Shown: piece by piece, positions 39,981-54,395 of the stretch
How the letters are laid out: every line of letters begins with the position of its first letter
Position numbering within the stretch: the stretch's first letter is position 1
Source of the DNA: Lama glama
Lineage: Eukaryota
Assembly: GCA_028534125.1 (NCBI GenBank)
Contig: CM052816.1
Span: 59,336,001 to 59,400,000, forward strand
Reading direction: 5' to 3'
DNA: 64,000 nt
Position numbers and translations under genes: made by a program
Notes under the pieces: model-generated
Databases searched by the model: none
Told to the model about the DNA's origin: nothing
The model's input: the letters and a program-made list of their open reading frames with translations, nothing else

Positions 39981-42900
39981 AGCCCCGCAGGTGTAACAGG
40001 AGAGCCACCCTGCCGGGAACAGGTTTACAAACATTGGGCAGGAGGAGGCTCCCAGGGAACAGGAGGGTATCTCCGCCTGCATACACCAGGCTCACTGCAT
40101 AGAAAATACACTCCGAGATAAAAACTATATTCTGAGGCTATTTTTATGAAGTCAGTTTCCACTCACATAAAAATGGCCATAAAAGGTATGTCTGCAGTAG
40201 GTTCATGCAAAAGGTACATGGAGCCAAGGACAGGAGGGCAAGAATGGCACACCTTTCTAGAGGATTTTTCTCCCTTTATTTGAGAAAGTTGCAATGAACC
40301 AGACTTAGTTCTTTCAATAGTAGCCAACAGTCCTAAAATGTGGCCTATGAAAATTTTCATTCACATCAGCATAGATAACTTTACTATTATCCCAAGAACC
40401 TTAGCCCAGCATAAAATCACAGAATCACTAGCTTTAAAATCAGAAGAAAAAAATTTATAGATCATGTCAAGCAATTCCCTCTTGCTTCACACACACACTT
40501 CTGACCCAGAGTGAAGTGGTTTGCACAAGATTACAGCAGGAGGACCTAAACGCAGCCTTCGGATGTTTGGTCCTAAACTCCTTTTTCTCCACCCACTGGC
40601 CCTGCTCTTTACTTCCCTCTGCCAGAGAAAGTAAAAATTAACAAGCGAAACTGAAGTTAATTTCTTTTAAGCCACATGCAAAAAAATTCACACCTACAAC
40701 GAAACCTTTTTTTTTCTCTTAATTAGAAAAAAAAAAGCTACTTTCTAATTACTTTTGAAGAAACTTGGGTTCTGTCTAAATGCCCTCAGACTGTATGAAA
40801 AGGTGACCCAAAGGTCACATGCAGTGATAAAAGAAGATCTAGGTGTGGACACAGTCCACATAGGCAGGAACCAGCTTCAGGAGTACTTGGAACATCTGGG
40901 AAGTCCTGCTAATCCTAAACTCACAACGCACATGATTTTTACAAACTCTCCTTTGGTGTGATTGCTATAATACGAAACACTTCCTTTTCCAATGGGGGAA
41001 AAAAACAGTCTATGAGTGCATCTCCCAGCTCCTGCCAGCTCAGACATAGGGTTACTTCAATACCATTGTGTCCTGAGCTGTGTAATCCTGCCCTTCCTTA
41101 AAAATAGTCTTTCTAAAGCTAGAAACCTTGGAAACATCAGTCCCTTAAGCATACCTGTCTGGATTCACATGATGTGTCATGTCAAAACCTAAGAGTAAAA
41201 GGCTCTCTAGTCCGATAGTCTAGTTTCCATTTCAGAAGAAGATGATCCACTGGGAAACAGCACACTGTCTACTTACAGAAATAAAGTCTTAAAATAGATT
41301 TGAAAATTTTGCTTCGAAGTTCTCACAATATGTACAATCACTACCACAGAGGTTCCACTGTATCACCCTGTGAGCTGAGCCTTTTCCCATTCAATTTCAG
41401 TTGACTGAAACATACACATGCTCTTTATTAGCTTAAAAAGGGAGCCCTCTGCTGGCTAAACAGAAACGGTGCCTTCTGCTTGGGAGAAAACAATCAACTT
41501 CCTGCATAATTTCCTTCATCTCCCACTATGTCCAAAATTTCACACAAAATAAACGTAATTACCCAACCATCACTTAATCTATATGATCCACTAACAACTA
41601 ACAAATCAAATGCACAGATGTCATAACAATTGAGGCAATATTTTTCATATGCCTGCTAAGCTCTCGTAAGAAAACTTGGATTTTAATTTCTGAAAACCAA
41701 AGACTCAACCACATTGTAAGGCTGACAAATGAAAACTAACTTTACTTTCTAGCTTCTTCAGAACAATCTTACTGCTTTCCCTTTCCTCAAAAAGTTGTGT
41801 AAAACTCATTTCAGAGGCCCAAATAGGTCCTATTTCAACTCTCACCAAGTGGGATCTAAACAGGAAAAAAGCTGCTTAATCATTAAAGCATGTTTGAAAG
41901 TTACAGACTGAACACCGTATCTCACATGTGCCAATCACTGTCGGGTAGTGAATGATCTACAAGCAGCTTTCATCCTGCACAGCTTCTTAAATGTGTTCAT
42001 GGGCCATGATTTATGAACAAAAGCCCATTAAAAAAAAAAAGACAGAAAAAAAAAAAGAAACACCAAAAATCTTCTTTTAAGGGTAAAATTAATGCCTCCC
42101 TTCATAATTTTCACTTAAGACAATTTAGGACAGAAGGTCCTTTCAGGATGATGCCAATTCTTCACATCCAGGGTCACCCTTAGTGACCCTGCACTAGGAA
42201 AAATGTCCATTTGAGTTTAAACTCAGGTTTATGTGTGCACAAAACTGATACAAAGTACCTGAAAAGGTGTGCCCATTGCTTAGCAGAAAAAAGGACCCCT
42301 TTCCCTGCAATTTCCTTCTCAGATGTCCTTTGAGAGAAAGAGAAGGCTGCACCATGAAAACAAAAGTAAAACCGAGCTATTCCCTCCAGTACATGCGCCC
42401 TGAAAACCTCAACTCCCTTTTCAGAGCACAAATAAAACTTCCTATTTTTTGACAAAACCTAGTATGGTCTGCCTCTGTTTACTCCTACCCATCTAAACAC
42501 ATGCATTTTTTCCCCCAACGTTTCATTTCTCACCTTTGAAAGAACCCTCTAATGTCAGACCACATTTTAAACCCAATAAAAAATAAATCAGAGAAAAGTA
42601 AAACTCTTTGAAAGTCATTTCCCTCTACCTTAGTGCTTGCTTTAGTCTTGGTTGAGAACCAAGCCCAGGGCATTTAAAACAAGATTTATGAATCAGTCTC
42701 TTCAGGATGAATGTTTTCCAATGCACCAGTGGTTAAAAATTAACTCTGACAGGTGTAGAAGGGCAGGGGGGAGAAAGAATCGTTTATTTTCCCTTTGGGC
42801 TTAAGGGTGCAATATTAGACTTCAATTATGCTACATTAATATTTCTGAGTATATCCATGAAATCTGAAATATGTAAATACACTTATAATGGGTTTCATTC

Positions 42901-45900
42901 AAAGGCACCCCCTGTTCAGTGGCCCCTGCTTTGACCTTAGTTACCCTATAGAAATCAACTTGAGCTACCTAAGTATCAGTAGGGCCAACATAACACATGA
43001 TGATTCAAGAAAGTCTGCTCTTCACCTTTAAACATTCTGAAGACTTTTCATAACAAAGGGAGCCACAAATTATCAACCGAGTTTTGACAACTTACCCTAC
43101 GCTTTTGCCTTTCAAACCTTAGTTTCCCTCCCTCTAGGGGAGACACCTTACTTCCGAGGTGTACTGGATACATTCAGCGAGCTGGTGTGAGAGGTCTTTG
43201 AAAGTGGGGAACTTTATCCAAGAATAAAAACAAATTTCATTTGGATGATTATAATGCTGTGCCCAGTTCTCTGCTAGGAAGAGCTCGAAAGGAGAAGCCT
43301 TTGTCTATGAGACACATAGCTGCGCAGATGAAATTCAGAGAACTCTAGAACAGTTAAGTGTAAGAAGAGAAGGGGCTGAAGGACATAGAATGTACCGAAT
43401 GAGTCCAAAACCTGCACATAAAGCCAGGGAGGACCTCCTCGGGGGCAGATGAAGAGGGTAGCGCTGTGTGGGGCCGCTGGGTACAGATGTGCATTGCGTG
43501 CACTGTACAAAGACACCTGGGCAAGGTGGTGAGGGAACTAGTACAGAAATCCAGGCCCTTCCACTCACTAAGCCACACACAGAGCACAGGGCATCAGATA
43601 AAGGCATCTTCCTCCCTCCAAGCAATGCACCCAACTGGGCAGCAACTGCCCAGTAAGTGTCTCTTTCAGATTTGTGTTAAAGTCCCTCCAGGCTCCCAGA
43701 AGCCAGGATCTGCTGGCTAGAAACATGGGGTCTGTAGGGAGAGCGGCCTAGTAGGATGCAGACAGCACTAACCAGGATGGCGGCCTGAGGAGATGGAGCC
43801 GAGGGTGAGGCCAGCTCCAGCAGGGCCCTGAAAACTAGAACAGGCACTGGAGACACACTGCAGGGTCCAGCGCACCAGTATGCAAAGGCTGAGTGACTGG
43901 ATGGCGAACTCGGCAAGCAAGTAGCAAGAGCTGGGGTTCAAACCCAGATCTAGCTGACTCGCACTGTTACTTCCACCACACTAGGGGCGGAGCCACTCTG
44001 AGCCTGATCCCCAAAGCTATAAAAAAAAGACATTGGGGCTCTTCACTGTATGTGACCCACAGGAGCAAATATCCCCTATTTTCAGTTTATTACTTGCTGG
44101 AAACTTCAGAGGACTTTTTGACTGGACACTAAAAACCACCCCATTGCTCACGACGGTTCCAAAAGCCCGGCAGCAGAAAGAACAGGAGGCTGGTGTCCCG
44201 GGCCGGGTCCTCCCGCAGACCGGGTTCCAACACACCTGGGGTGACATCAGCCACCTCTATGGGCTTCAGTTTCTTCGGGTACACATGAAGAGCCAGACAA
44301 TGCTTCAACTCTAAAGTGATGCTTTTCACGATGCTGTCACTTAAAATGCTTACTGCTTTTTCAAATCTAGGATAAATATCGAGCTGTTATTTTTGTCCTT
44401 TGCAATTTATTTTGAATAAATCTTTGAAACTCCTTGAATAGAAACGCTATTTCTCCTTCCCCTGGAGGAACTGTACCTATTCTTCAAAGACCATTTCAAG
44501 TCCTCTTTTTTTCTGTGAACTTTTTCTTTCTACTCAATTACCCTGAAACGTCACCAATCACATCTCTCATGTTCTTTTTATACTTGCAGTACATGCCCTC
44601 CCACCTAGAACTTAATTACGTACTATGTGCTAATGGGTCTTTATGTGAATTGACACGCTGCCTCAAACATCATTAGTTCTGCCTACCATTTCAAGTTCCA
44701 CCCGGAAACAACCAGAAAGGATGTCTATTTGCCCCATAATAGTCTTGCTTCTCCCCTACCCCCGAAGTATCATTCAAGCACTCATTTCTATTCACGACAA
44801 TAAAGTTATGGCAAATCAATGATTTACGACCGTTCCCTGGAGATGCGTAGTGGTGTGCTTCCCGGCCCTCAGGGACTAGCACGTGCCAGGGTACTGACTC
44901 CACCAAAGCACTGCATTCCTACCAGGCCTCAGAAGCCATTTCTCTAACTCAGGGTATCCTGCCGAGCGTCTGCACTGGAGCCACTCCTGAATACATGGGA
45001 GATCAGGAGGAGGACGCTGTCCTGGGGTGGGTAGTGTATTTTCACCAGTGACAGATGCTGAAGCCACCATTCCAAAGGACCCATGTGATTTCCAAAACAG
45101 CTAAGAGATATCACACAAAGGGGGAAGTGGCTCAAACTAGGCTTTAAAAATTACTTGCAGGCAATTTTTTGGGAAGAGGCTGCAGGTGTTCTGGGACATT
45201 TCAGCAAATGTTCACGGCTTTATTTCTCATTCTCAATGGAGCTGATGGAACTAATCCGCCTTTGAACCTGGCACACCAAGAAGAATGGAGGGTCGAAGAT
45301 ATGTCAAGCAGTTTTAAAGGTGCATCATGAAACCGGCTGCAGATGAATTTTTTGATGGTTGGAATTTGGCTAAAACTGAGACGTTTAACCAGTTCACACC
45401 AGGCAGGTGAATTTAGACTCCACCACTGAGTCAGCTACACCCTGTGTAGCAGAAATTCTCAACTCCATGTGGTAAATTCATTTGTGAATTTATCTATCAA
45501 ACCTGGCTTTCAGCTTCCGTGTCTCCGCTCTCCAGAGGGATGACCACTAGAAGACCAGGACCCCCGTTTCCTGCAAACAAGACCCAGCTCTCCCTGTCTG
45601 AGAGGTCCTCCACACATAAGTCCAGAGGAAGTGAGAGATCACAGCTCAATCCTTTGGCTTAGGGCCCTGTTCTGTCCTTGCTAGTACTCTTCCTTCCCAT
45701 CACCGCGTGATCAGGCCAGGAGTGGGCAGTCACGGTCCACATCTGCCCCCGTCCCTCCCCACAGGGTACTGCTATCACTGCACTGCTTCCTACTCAGCCC
45801 AAAGGCAGCCTCTGAACACCAGCACAGAGCTCCAAAACCCACTATCGAGTGACCTGAGCAGTCACATGAGATGAAACCTTTTGGCCAACCGCCACTGCCC

Positions 45901-47102
45901 AGGACTAAAGTCCTGGGCTGCACCTGTTGACAGACTTCTCCGATGCAGTTGACCTACAATCCAGGGTAGCCCTGGTGCATCGCCTGCTTGCTGGGATTTG
46001 GAATATTTGGAATGGACCACGCTTGCTTTATGCACTATTTCTGCTGCCTCTCTCACCCATGGGTACCATAGTTTGGGTCTGTCCACAGAAGCCCCTCCTG
46101 ATACCTGTATCATGAGTGGTTACCTATCCCATCCTTTATTCAATCCCTACAGCTAGGTTTTCAGTCTAGACCCTTGGCTCTCTGTCTGCCCCATCCAGAT
46201 GCAAACAACCAAGCCTGGCTATGGAACACCTGAAACAAAAAGCCCCACTTAGTTCTCACTGCATGACTGATAACGGGGCCCCACTGCCTGCTAGTATAGA
46301 GATAAATTTGATAATCTGCATGAATTACGTATAATAAGCAATCAATTCATGATGCTTTAATTAAATTCGAAGCATAAATGCAGACTATGAACCATACCTT
46401 CTACTAGTCCTGAAACTTCAGTTCTAGGCCCCCAATCACTACTCTAAATGACCAGCTAAATTTTAACTGGCACACAGCAAAGTCAGGTTGCTTAGACTTG
46501 CCACAGTAGAAGAAACATACATAGGTTTAAATTAAATCCACTGCTAACACAGTCTACACTTCCTGCTCTGTTAAATGGCTAACTGAACGCCCGCCTGCTT
46601 TCAAAGAAGTGTCTGGCTCACTCTTAACTTGCTGCAGTGAACCCCTGGTTGCATACTGCTCGCATTATTAAAAATGTTTATTTTCACAGACATTTCTCAG
46701 CCCACCTGCTTCCAAAAAACACATTCCAAAATACTTTAAATTATCTAGTAATTATAAGTTCCCTACTTAATAAGTATTAGAAAGAAAAACAAAAACGCCA
46801 GCAGTGAAAATGAACTCCATAATTTACGCAACAACTTGAAGCATCAGAGCTGAGGGGAGCGGGCGAGCTCCCAAAACCCCTCACCTAAAACCCAGATCAT
46901 GTAAAATCCACAAATATCGAAATCCAGATAATACAGACCAGATATGCTGCCACCCAGCCGTTTTTCTCTAAATCGTAAGGTAAGACGTTATTACGGATCT
47001 CAAGTCTATGAGAAACTGACATTACTTTGGAGATTTAAAGCCACCATTTTTCAGGCTCTTAAAAACCAAACAAGGGAATTTTAAATGTTCAGAAGGCATT
47101 AC

Positions 47103-47182
47103 CTGGTGCAGGCTGTCGTTCATTCCACTCGGTCGAGATTAAAATTTCTATAACTTTTATGAGGTGTTCAGTATTCTCAGAG
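47103..47182 (-). CDS. PIK3R1: PIK3R1 exon 7 (80 bp): (S)[26 protein letters not shown](A)
   Basis: Acceptor ggtag|C after a poly-T tract, donor CAG|gtaatg. Confidence 0.97.
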
Positions 47183-47387
47183 CTACCAAAAAAAAAAAAA
47201 AAGAGTTCCATTAGAAACTTCTACCCCAGCAACAAACTCATTTTCATTAATACACAATGAAGTGAGTGTGTCTGAGGTCAGTATGCCCACGCATGTGCCA
47301 ACCGGGACCTTTAGAATCAGTTTACTGGCCAGCCGACTTAGGACTCCCCTCACCACCCCCAAGTCCAAGGTGCTCTTCTCTCACTTA

Positions 47388-47705
<318 letters not shown>

Positions 47706-48376
47706 TCATTTAAAACACAGGCAGCAGAAGGAGCGGACGGTACATTTGCTCTTCTCGTTAGAAAAGGCATTATGAGAAAGTAGCAATCTCAAGTCAGATG
47801 GAAATGCAAGAAGCTCTTGGTGTACAAAACCACAAGAGGTTCTGGGTGCGCCGCCAGAGCTCTACCTTCTACTGAGCGGCTTCAAGCGTGATTGGCTAAC
47901 CCGGAGGAGCATCTGATAAGCATCGCAGGTTTTAACTTTGAAGGTTACAAACCACAACTTCCTGTCCCCAGAGCACTTTAACTGAGCAGGAGCTCCTAAA
48001 ACAGAGTGTCCTCGTCCTTCGGCTCATTATGTAATGGCCACTGAAGGAGGGTGACAGGGACATCCCTACTCACTGGGTCCTGGTTCCCTGAATCTGGTAC
48101 TTAGAACGTGGAGGCCCTCACTGACATAGTGAACTTTGTTAATCCCGATAAAAGGTTAACAATTAGCCATTTCAGCATGTGTCTGGCCTTCCTAAGCAAA
48201 CGAGAGCCTGGTTCTTCTACTGGTTGCCCTGTTAAGGGAGGGAATTTGTGCTGATCGGTGTGGGGGGAGGTGGGGCCAATTCCTACCAAAGACCTCTCTT
48301 TACATGCAGCACTTGAGTTTACAAGCACGCCCACATCTCACTCTTATGTTCAAGGGGGTTCTTGGAAGAGACAAAC

Positions 48377-48508
48377 CTTGGGCTAAAGAAATCATCTCAC
48401 TGTAAACGGCTACCGGAATGACAGGATTTGGTAAGTCCAGGAGATAGCGTTTGAAAGTGTCTGCTAAAACATGCACATCGATCACGTCCAAGTCCACGGA
48501 GGCGGCAT
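48377..48508 (-). CDS. PIK3R1: PIK3R1 exon 5 (132 bp): (D)[43 protein letters not shown](E)
   Basis: Acceptor catag|AT, donor AAG|gtttgt; overlaps ORF 48300..48497. Confidence 0.97.
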
Positions 48509-48729
48509 CTATGATCGGAAAAAAAAAAATTCAGACATTTTACGCATTGGTTGGGCCGATTTTCTGAATGTGTGACTTAGATGTGACACATGAAAGGAAG
48601 CAAGATGGGGACAAATATAAGATACCTGAGTATCTTAGCAGTGTTTCTCATAGGGGTTGCTCCTGGCATTCTGAATAGAATGGTTTTTCCTTGTGTAGGT
48701 CTGTCCCCAACACTGTAAGCATTTAGCAC

Positions 48730-49075
48730 GAAGGACCCTGCACCTCGGAATGTGAATGTATTGGGAGACAGAGCCTTTAAAGATGTGGCTAAGTTAAAAT
48801 AGGGCCATTAGAGCAGGATCCCACCCAGTCTGACTGATGTTATAAAAGGAGGAAATCTGGACACACACAGAGACACCGGGGGTGCACAGACAGAGGAAGG
48901 GCCACTTGAGGACACAGCAGGGAGGTGGCCGTCTGTAAGCCAAGGAGAGAGGCCTCAGGAGAAACCAAACCTGCCTTGATCTGGGACTCCTAGCCTCAAG
49001 AACTGTGAGCAAATAGACTTCTGTGTTTTAAGCCACCCATTCTGTGCAGTTTTGTCACGGCAGCCCTAGCAAGCT
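48730..49075 (+). mobile_element. MLT1 (MLT1B-like) solo LTR
   Basis: aatgtgaatgtattgggagacagagcc...tgtaagccaaggagagaggcctcaggagaaaccaaacctgcc...gaactgtgag...ttaagccaccc. Confidence 0.9.
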
Positions 49076-51231
49076 GAGGCAGCTCCCACAGCATCTCCAG
49101 ACTCGTTCCGGAGGGTGGTTCTGCCCTGATGGAGAACGGTTCTGTCTAGGATGGCTACTCAAGTAGTAAGTACTTCCTAAAACCACAACAAGAAAATATG
49201 GAGGAAAAAATGTGAAACGCAAATCCACAGATTTCCTAAAATTTGAGTTGCTCAATACTGCATGAGTATTAATATAAATTTAACCCAACAGAGTGGTTGA
49301 TTAAACAGTAAGATACTAGACGGTCTGAGCAGTCCACCTCTAGAATACCCATAAAAATAATTTGAACATCTGTGGAATGATTCCCTTTAATTCTGACAGG
49401 GTATTCTGAAGAAGGTGTTACCAGTCTAACTCGTGGGCACTGAACTCTCTCAGATAAGACCAGCAGCCTGTCCTGTAAATCCTTCAGCTGGAACAGAGGT
49501 CAGGCACTTGAACACTGGGGTGGTATGAATCACCGCCACTCTCTGAGTACTTGGGGTAGAGCGAGGCACAGCGCCCGGCGGAAAGAAAGGGAGCTGGGGG
49601 GCAGGAAGGACCACACAGCTGCTGAAGGACGCACACTACTGATGGGAAAGGTGCCTTGAGGAAAATCACCTGGAGCTTCCTGTGCTCAGGAGAACGGGAG
49701 CTGATGAGCAAAACGCTACATTTTTAAGGAGCTTTATCAATCGTGGTGGTAAAAATAAGTCGGAAAGGAGAATAGCTGGAAGTGCTGACACCACTTTTGG
49801 TAACCTGAGAATTCCAGGACAGTCAGAATTATGTGTGAGCCACTATCAAGAAATGACATAACTAGATGACTGACTGGGGCTGCGGTCTAGGAGAGGATGG
49901 GAGAAAAACCAAAGTTGACTCCCAGGTGTTCGGCATGAGAAGGGGAAGCAACCTGGACACCCACGGACCGCGCGTGGTGTTCGCACTCCCTGTTGAGCTG
50001 CAACCTACAGAAGTCCCTTGGATATGTCGTCCTCATAAGCCAAACTTGTCCCACTCAGTGGGCAGATCTTATGAAAGACAATCAGATGACACCTTTTAAA
50101 GCTCTAAAAAGTCCATCTTGTGGAAAATGTGGACAGATTAGTTTGAGGAAGAGAATTAAAAGGTGGAGAAGCAAAGGGTTCAGTCACTTAAACGTCCTAC
50201 ACAGAACTAACCAGAGGCATATCACATCTTTAACAAGTCAGGGAAAGGGCAGGACTAGGGAGGTCTTTGCATAAAGGATCCACATGGACAGTAATTCAAC
50301 TACCATTGTGACTTCCAGACAAAATTGTGTGTGCCTCCCTGTAAGAACATCCCATAGCCACTGACTGCACGGCAAGCTGCCGCCCCACCAGGGAAGTCGC
50401 CCCCTGTATACTTCACTCGGTATCACTTTGCCCAGCAAATTCATATTACTTAATTCGCTCATCCTAAAAAAGGCCATTTGGCAATGAGGTATAAACATTA
50501 AGGTGCTAAATTTCCCGCACTCCCCTCCCTCCGGCGGGGTCTCTGTGGCCTCCTCTGTGTGCGTGCTTGTTGAGGGGCCACCCCTCTATCATGACGCCCC
50601 CCAGACAGCGCAGTAACCAGGCGTCTCTCTCCTAGACCGACGTCCCTCAAGGGCGGGGGCCTGCGGCTCTCACCTGCTCTTCTCCCATCCCTCAGTGCTC
50701 AGGAGACAATGCGCTGGTTAAACCTTTGTGGGCTGAACTACAGCAAGTCCTAAGAGTGATGTTTATTCACCAAAGCCCTTCCCTAACACGTGAGGTGTAT
50801 TCCAGAGAGCCCTGAGGCCTCTAAATGGGAAGATCCTATTTCAAGCCTCTGGATCAGCTCACCTTGTGTCTGACTCCACTAGAGTCGTTGTAATTATGGT
50901 CTCTTACTCTTTTTTTTTAAAAGATAACTTCTAGGGCATCTTGGGAGTTTCTGACTTCTGTACTCCAAGTCTCCTTTTCCGCATAAAAGCTATCCTAAGG
51001 TGTTCTTCCAAGAGTGACACACATCTGTTACGTGATGACTTCGGATGTTAGTTCAGAGAGAGCTACACAATCTTTAGGTCTGGGATGGGGGAGTTCACAC
51101 CCCTTTCCACCCCACTTTTCACTAAGTCTGCTCATGACAGGCAACCAGTAAACTCTCTAACATTTCACCCTTGCTCCCACTGGAACAGAGTTCCCTCCCC
51201 AATGGTCTCTACCTAAGGAAGCAGCTCTCAA

Positions 51232-51443
51232 TCAGAGTCCTCAATTTTGCTGCCCCACCCCTGCCCTCATGAGACATCTGGCAATAGCTGAAGACATTTG
51301 GACTGTCATAACCAGGGGGGAGTCTCACTGGCATCTAGTGGGGAGAGGCCAGGGGTGCTGCTGAACTTGCGGCAGGGCACACAGCAGCCCCTTACAACCA
51401 AGAATTATCCATCCTTACATAGTATTGAGGTTGAAAAAGCCTG
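51232..51443. mobile_element. MER20 (hAT-Charlie) MITE
   Basis: gacatctggcaat...actggcatctagtggggagaggccagggg...aagaattatcc...gaggttgaaaaagcctg. Confidence 0.85.
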
Positions 51444-51444
51444 A

Positions 51445-51600
51445 TTTTTAAAACTGAGGCATAAGTGACATACATTACACGAGGTTCAGGTGTACAACAC
51501 TGACAGTCATATATACCACTGTGAAATGATCTCCACAATGAGTCTGGTTAATACCCATCCCCACACAGTCACACGTGTTTTTCCCTGTGATGAGAACTCA
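51445..51600 (-). mobile_element. L1 3'-end fragment
   Basis: ttcaggtgtacaac...tgtgaaatgatctccacaatgagtctgg...tgtgatgagaact. Confidence 0.75.
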
Positions 51601-53082
51601 AAGAAAAATCCTGATTCAGGTTAAGAGAAATCAAAAAGAAAAAAAAAAAGAGAGAAAAAGAAAATTCACACCATTAAAATTCAAACAAGACAAGAAAGAA
51701 ATCATTTATTTTAGGTATAGTGGGGGCAAAAGAGAATAAGGACTTTTACAGTCAGAACCACTCTGGATGCAAGTCACAGCCTTCCCATCAGCAGTTACTA
51801 ATACTTGGGAGCACAAAGTTGATGTGTGGATGAAATACAGTAACTTAGCAGGTGCTGATGAAAGGGGGCTGTTGTCCTCCAACCATGTCTGTCCTTTTCA
51901 GACACTCGTAATTCACAGGGTTGGCTAAAAGCCATGCTTTTTGTTTTCAGTGTAAGTGACTTCTCTCGGTCTGAGCCTCCTCCAGGATATTACAATTTTT
52001 TATGGACTAAAAATCCTCAAGCTGGAAACCATGCTGGAGGATCCACTCCTCCTAACTTGAGATAATCTTTTTTTTGTTTTGCCAAAAAATTCACTTTTAT
52101 AGCACAGAACCCAAGTGAAACCAGTTTTCTACGTATGTTTTGATCTCATATGGGGAAGGAAAGTTGTCAAAATCTCTTGTTGACGTGAATTTGGGTTATT
52201 TATTCCATCTCACAGGTGGTGTGAAGGTTTTTTTTTTTTTTTTTTTTTAGCCTAACTGTATCATTTTGTTTTGGGTCACATTTAAAAACTTAACCACTGT
52301 TTCTCAACTCCCATTTCATCGGTCTCTGAGGTCTAAACATTTCCTGTGACTTTTGACATGTTTAATTTGACCGATTTTCTGACCAAAACATGTATGTTGA
52401 TTTCAACTGGCTAGGACAAAATTCACTGTTTCCTTAATACCCTGGTAAAGCTGTTAGAAAAAAAAAAATCTTTTCACCCTGATTTTTCTGCCAGTCAACT
52501 TCTAATGACCTGCTCTGTATGTGTGGGAGGATATGCCCTGTGTGTGTGTTAAGACTGATTTCTATGTACAAAGGAAAAATAAAAGTTAAAAAAAATTTTT
52601 TTTAAGCTTCAAACATTCAGGCGGTGCATTTCAAGTGAAACTATTGACTGATAAAGATCTAATCTCCTTTCCCCCCCCCAGAAACATCTTTTCTAGAAAT
52701 TCTTATAAGCTGCTTCATTTTGAAGCTGCTTTACCCTTCAAGTTTTCATTTATTAAATATCCTTTGGGCACTCTTGGCACAACTATACTTCTGAAAGTAC
52801 TCCTTCCAAAACTGGGTTTCATTCCTTTTAGTCCAAGCATCCAAATTCAGTTAAAATAATGTGAGGCAGAAAATGATTTTTCTTAAAAAAAAAAAAAAAA
52901 AGCCCAATATTGGAAGGAAATGAAGGATCTGAGAGGTCTAGAAGTCATTACAGAAGATGACTTGTTGGAATGATGGCAAGTAAAGATATTCACATTTGTA
53001 CAGTTTTGTTCTGTGTGGCAAAGGAGGGAGGGGGAACAAAGACTAAAGCCACCAACTTGGTGAATTAATTGATGTCATTTAA

Positions 53083-53247
53083 CCAAGGGTGTGCTAGACT
53101 CGACTTGCACCGGCGCACAGTTCTTCCCACGTTGGAGGTCAGTGATCACATGCTGGTAGCTTGAAATTAACCACAGAAATGGGTAAATGCCACAAACCAG
53201 GGCTTCTCACCACGCCCCCAGAGTGCTGGTTTACCAGCTCACTACTG
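53083..53247. mobile_element. MER63-like MITE
   Basis: ggtgtgctag...tggtagcttgaaatt...aaatgccacaaaccagggct...ggtttaccagctcactactg. Confidence 0.7.
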
Positions 53248-53289
53248 ACTAGCACAATACCATGATGTTACTTGATGTAAATATGGCAT

Positions 53290-53388
53290 GAAAAGGCAGG
53301 CAAGCGAAAAGGGAAGGAAGGAAAGAAGCAAGACAGAAAGAAAAGAAGGGAAAAGGAAAAGAAAAGGAAAAAGAGAAAGGGAAAAAAG
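53290..53388. repeat. Purine-rich low-complexity (GA-rich) tract
   Basis: Almost entirely A/G over ~100 bp. Confidence 0.85.
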
Positions 53389-53762
53389 CTGGAGACATCT
53401 GTTAAATGACAGAGACTCATAAATATTTTTTCAGCTGGTCCAGATGAATTAGATGTAGCCAATGGCAGGGTCAGAAAAAGATGGCAGGTAAGCAGAGCTA
53501 GAGAAATCCCAAGATGTTTCTCTCCTCTGCAATTTCTGCAGGACCTGGAGGCTTGTGGCTGTGATGACAGCCAATGTACCGGCAGGCAGCCTGCACACAT
53601 GCCCAACTCAGGAGACAGACATCAAAGGTCTGCACTCTTACCAGAAGAGGGCAGAGGGGAAGCGTGTATGATTTCTGAGCACCCTTCAAACGGAGAACAC
53701 TGCATGGTTGGTTCAAGTTTTTTGTGTTTTATCTGAAACAGACAGGTAAGAACCATCTTTCA

Positions 53763-53957
<195 letters not shown>

Positions 53958-54302
53958 CTATTCTAGATGTGCACCAGATATTCTTGGAAGTCAGCTCCTA
54001 CGATTCATCTTAGCTGGCCTGTCAATAATTTTGGCAAAATCATCTGGCCACCAAGGAGCAAGTTAATTGAGTTTACTCAATTATGGAGACTTTCACAGCT
54101 TCCATTCAGTAACTACACATTAGTATGGAGTTATTAGTCAGACCAAGATTATCTCCCCAGCTCATGGCAACAAAGAGCTTTGGTGTCCAGCACAGGTGGC
54201 AAGAAGTGTATCCAAAGAATGCCCACAAGACATATATACCTGACAGCACCCACGATATAAGGCCGCCCCCTGTTAACAGATCCTGGCTACCAGTCAGATT
54301 AC

Positions 54303-54395
54303 CTTTCTTTTCAATGGCTTCCACCAGCTTGATGAGGAGCGGTGGAGCGACGTCAGGAGGGGCAAACTGCTCTGCAAGGTCTGGGAGCGTCGAAG
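54303..54395 (-). CDS. PIK3R1: PIK3R1 exon 3 (93 bp), start of BH/RhoGAP-like domain: (A)[30 protein letters not shown](G)
   Basis: Acceptor tacag|CT, donor AAG|gtaatc; translation matches p85alpha. Confidence 0.97.

Noticed and set aside
54064..54083. Short hairpins (taattgagt-tt-actcaatta; similar ones near 6472 and 45472)
   Set aside because: Stems of 8-9 bp are too short for pre-miRNA and are expected by chance.
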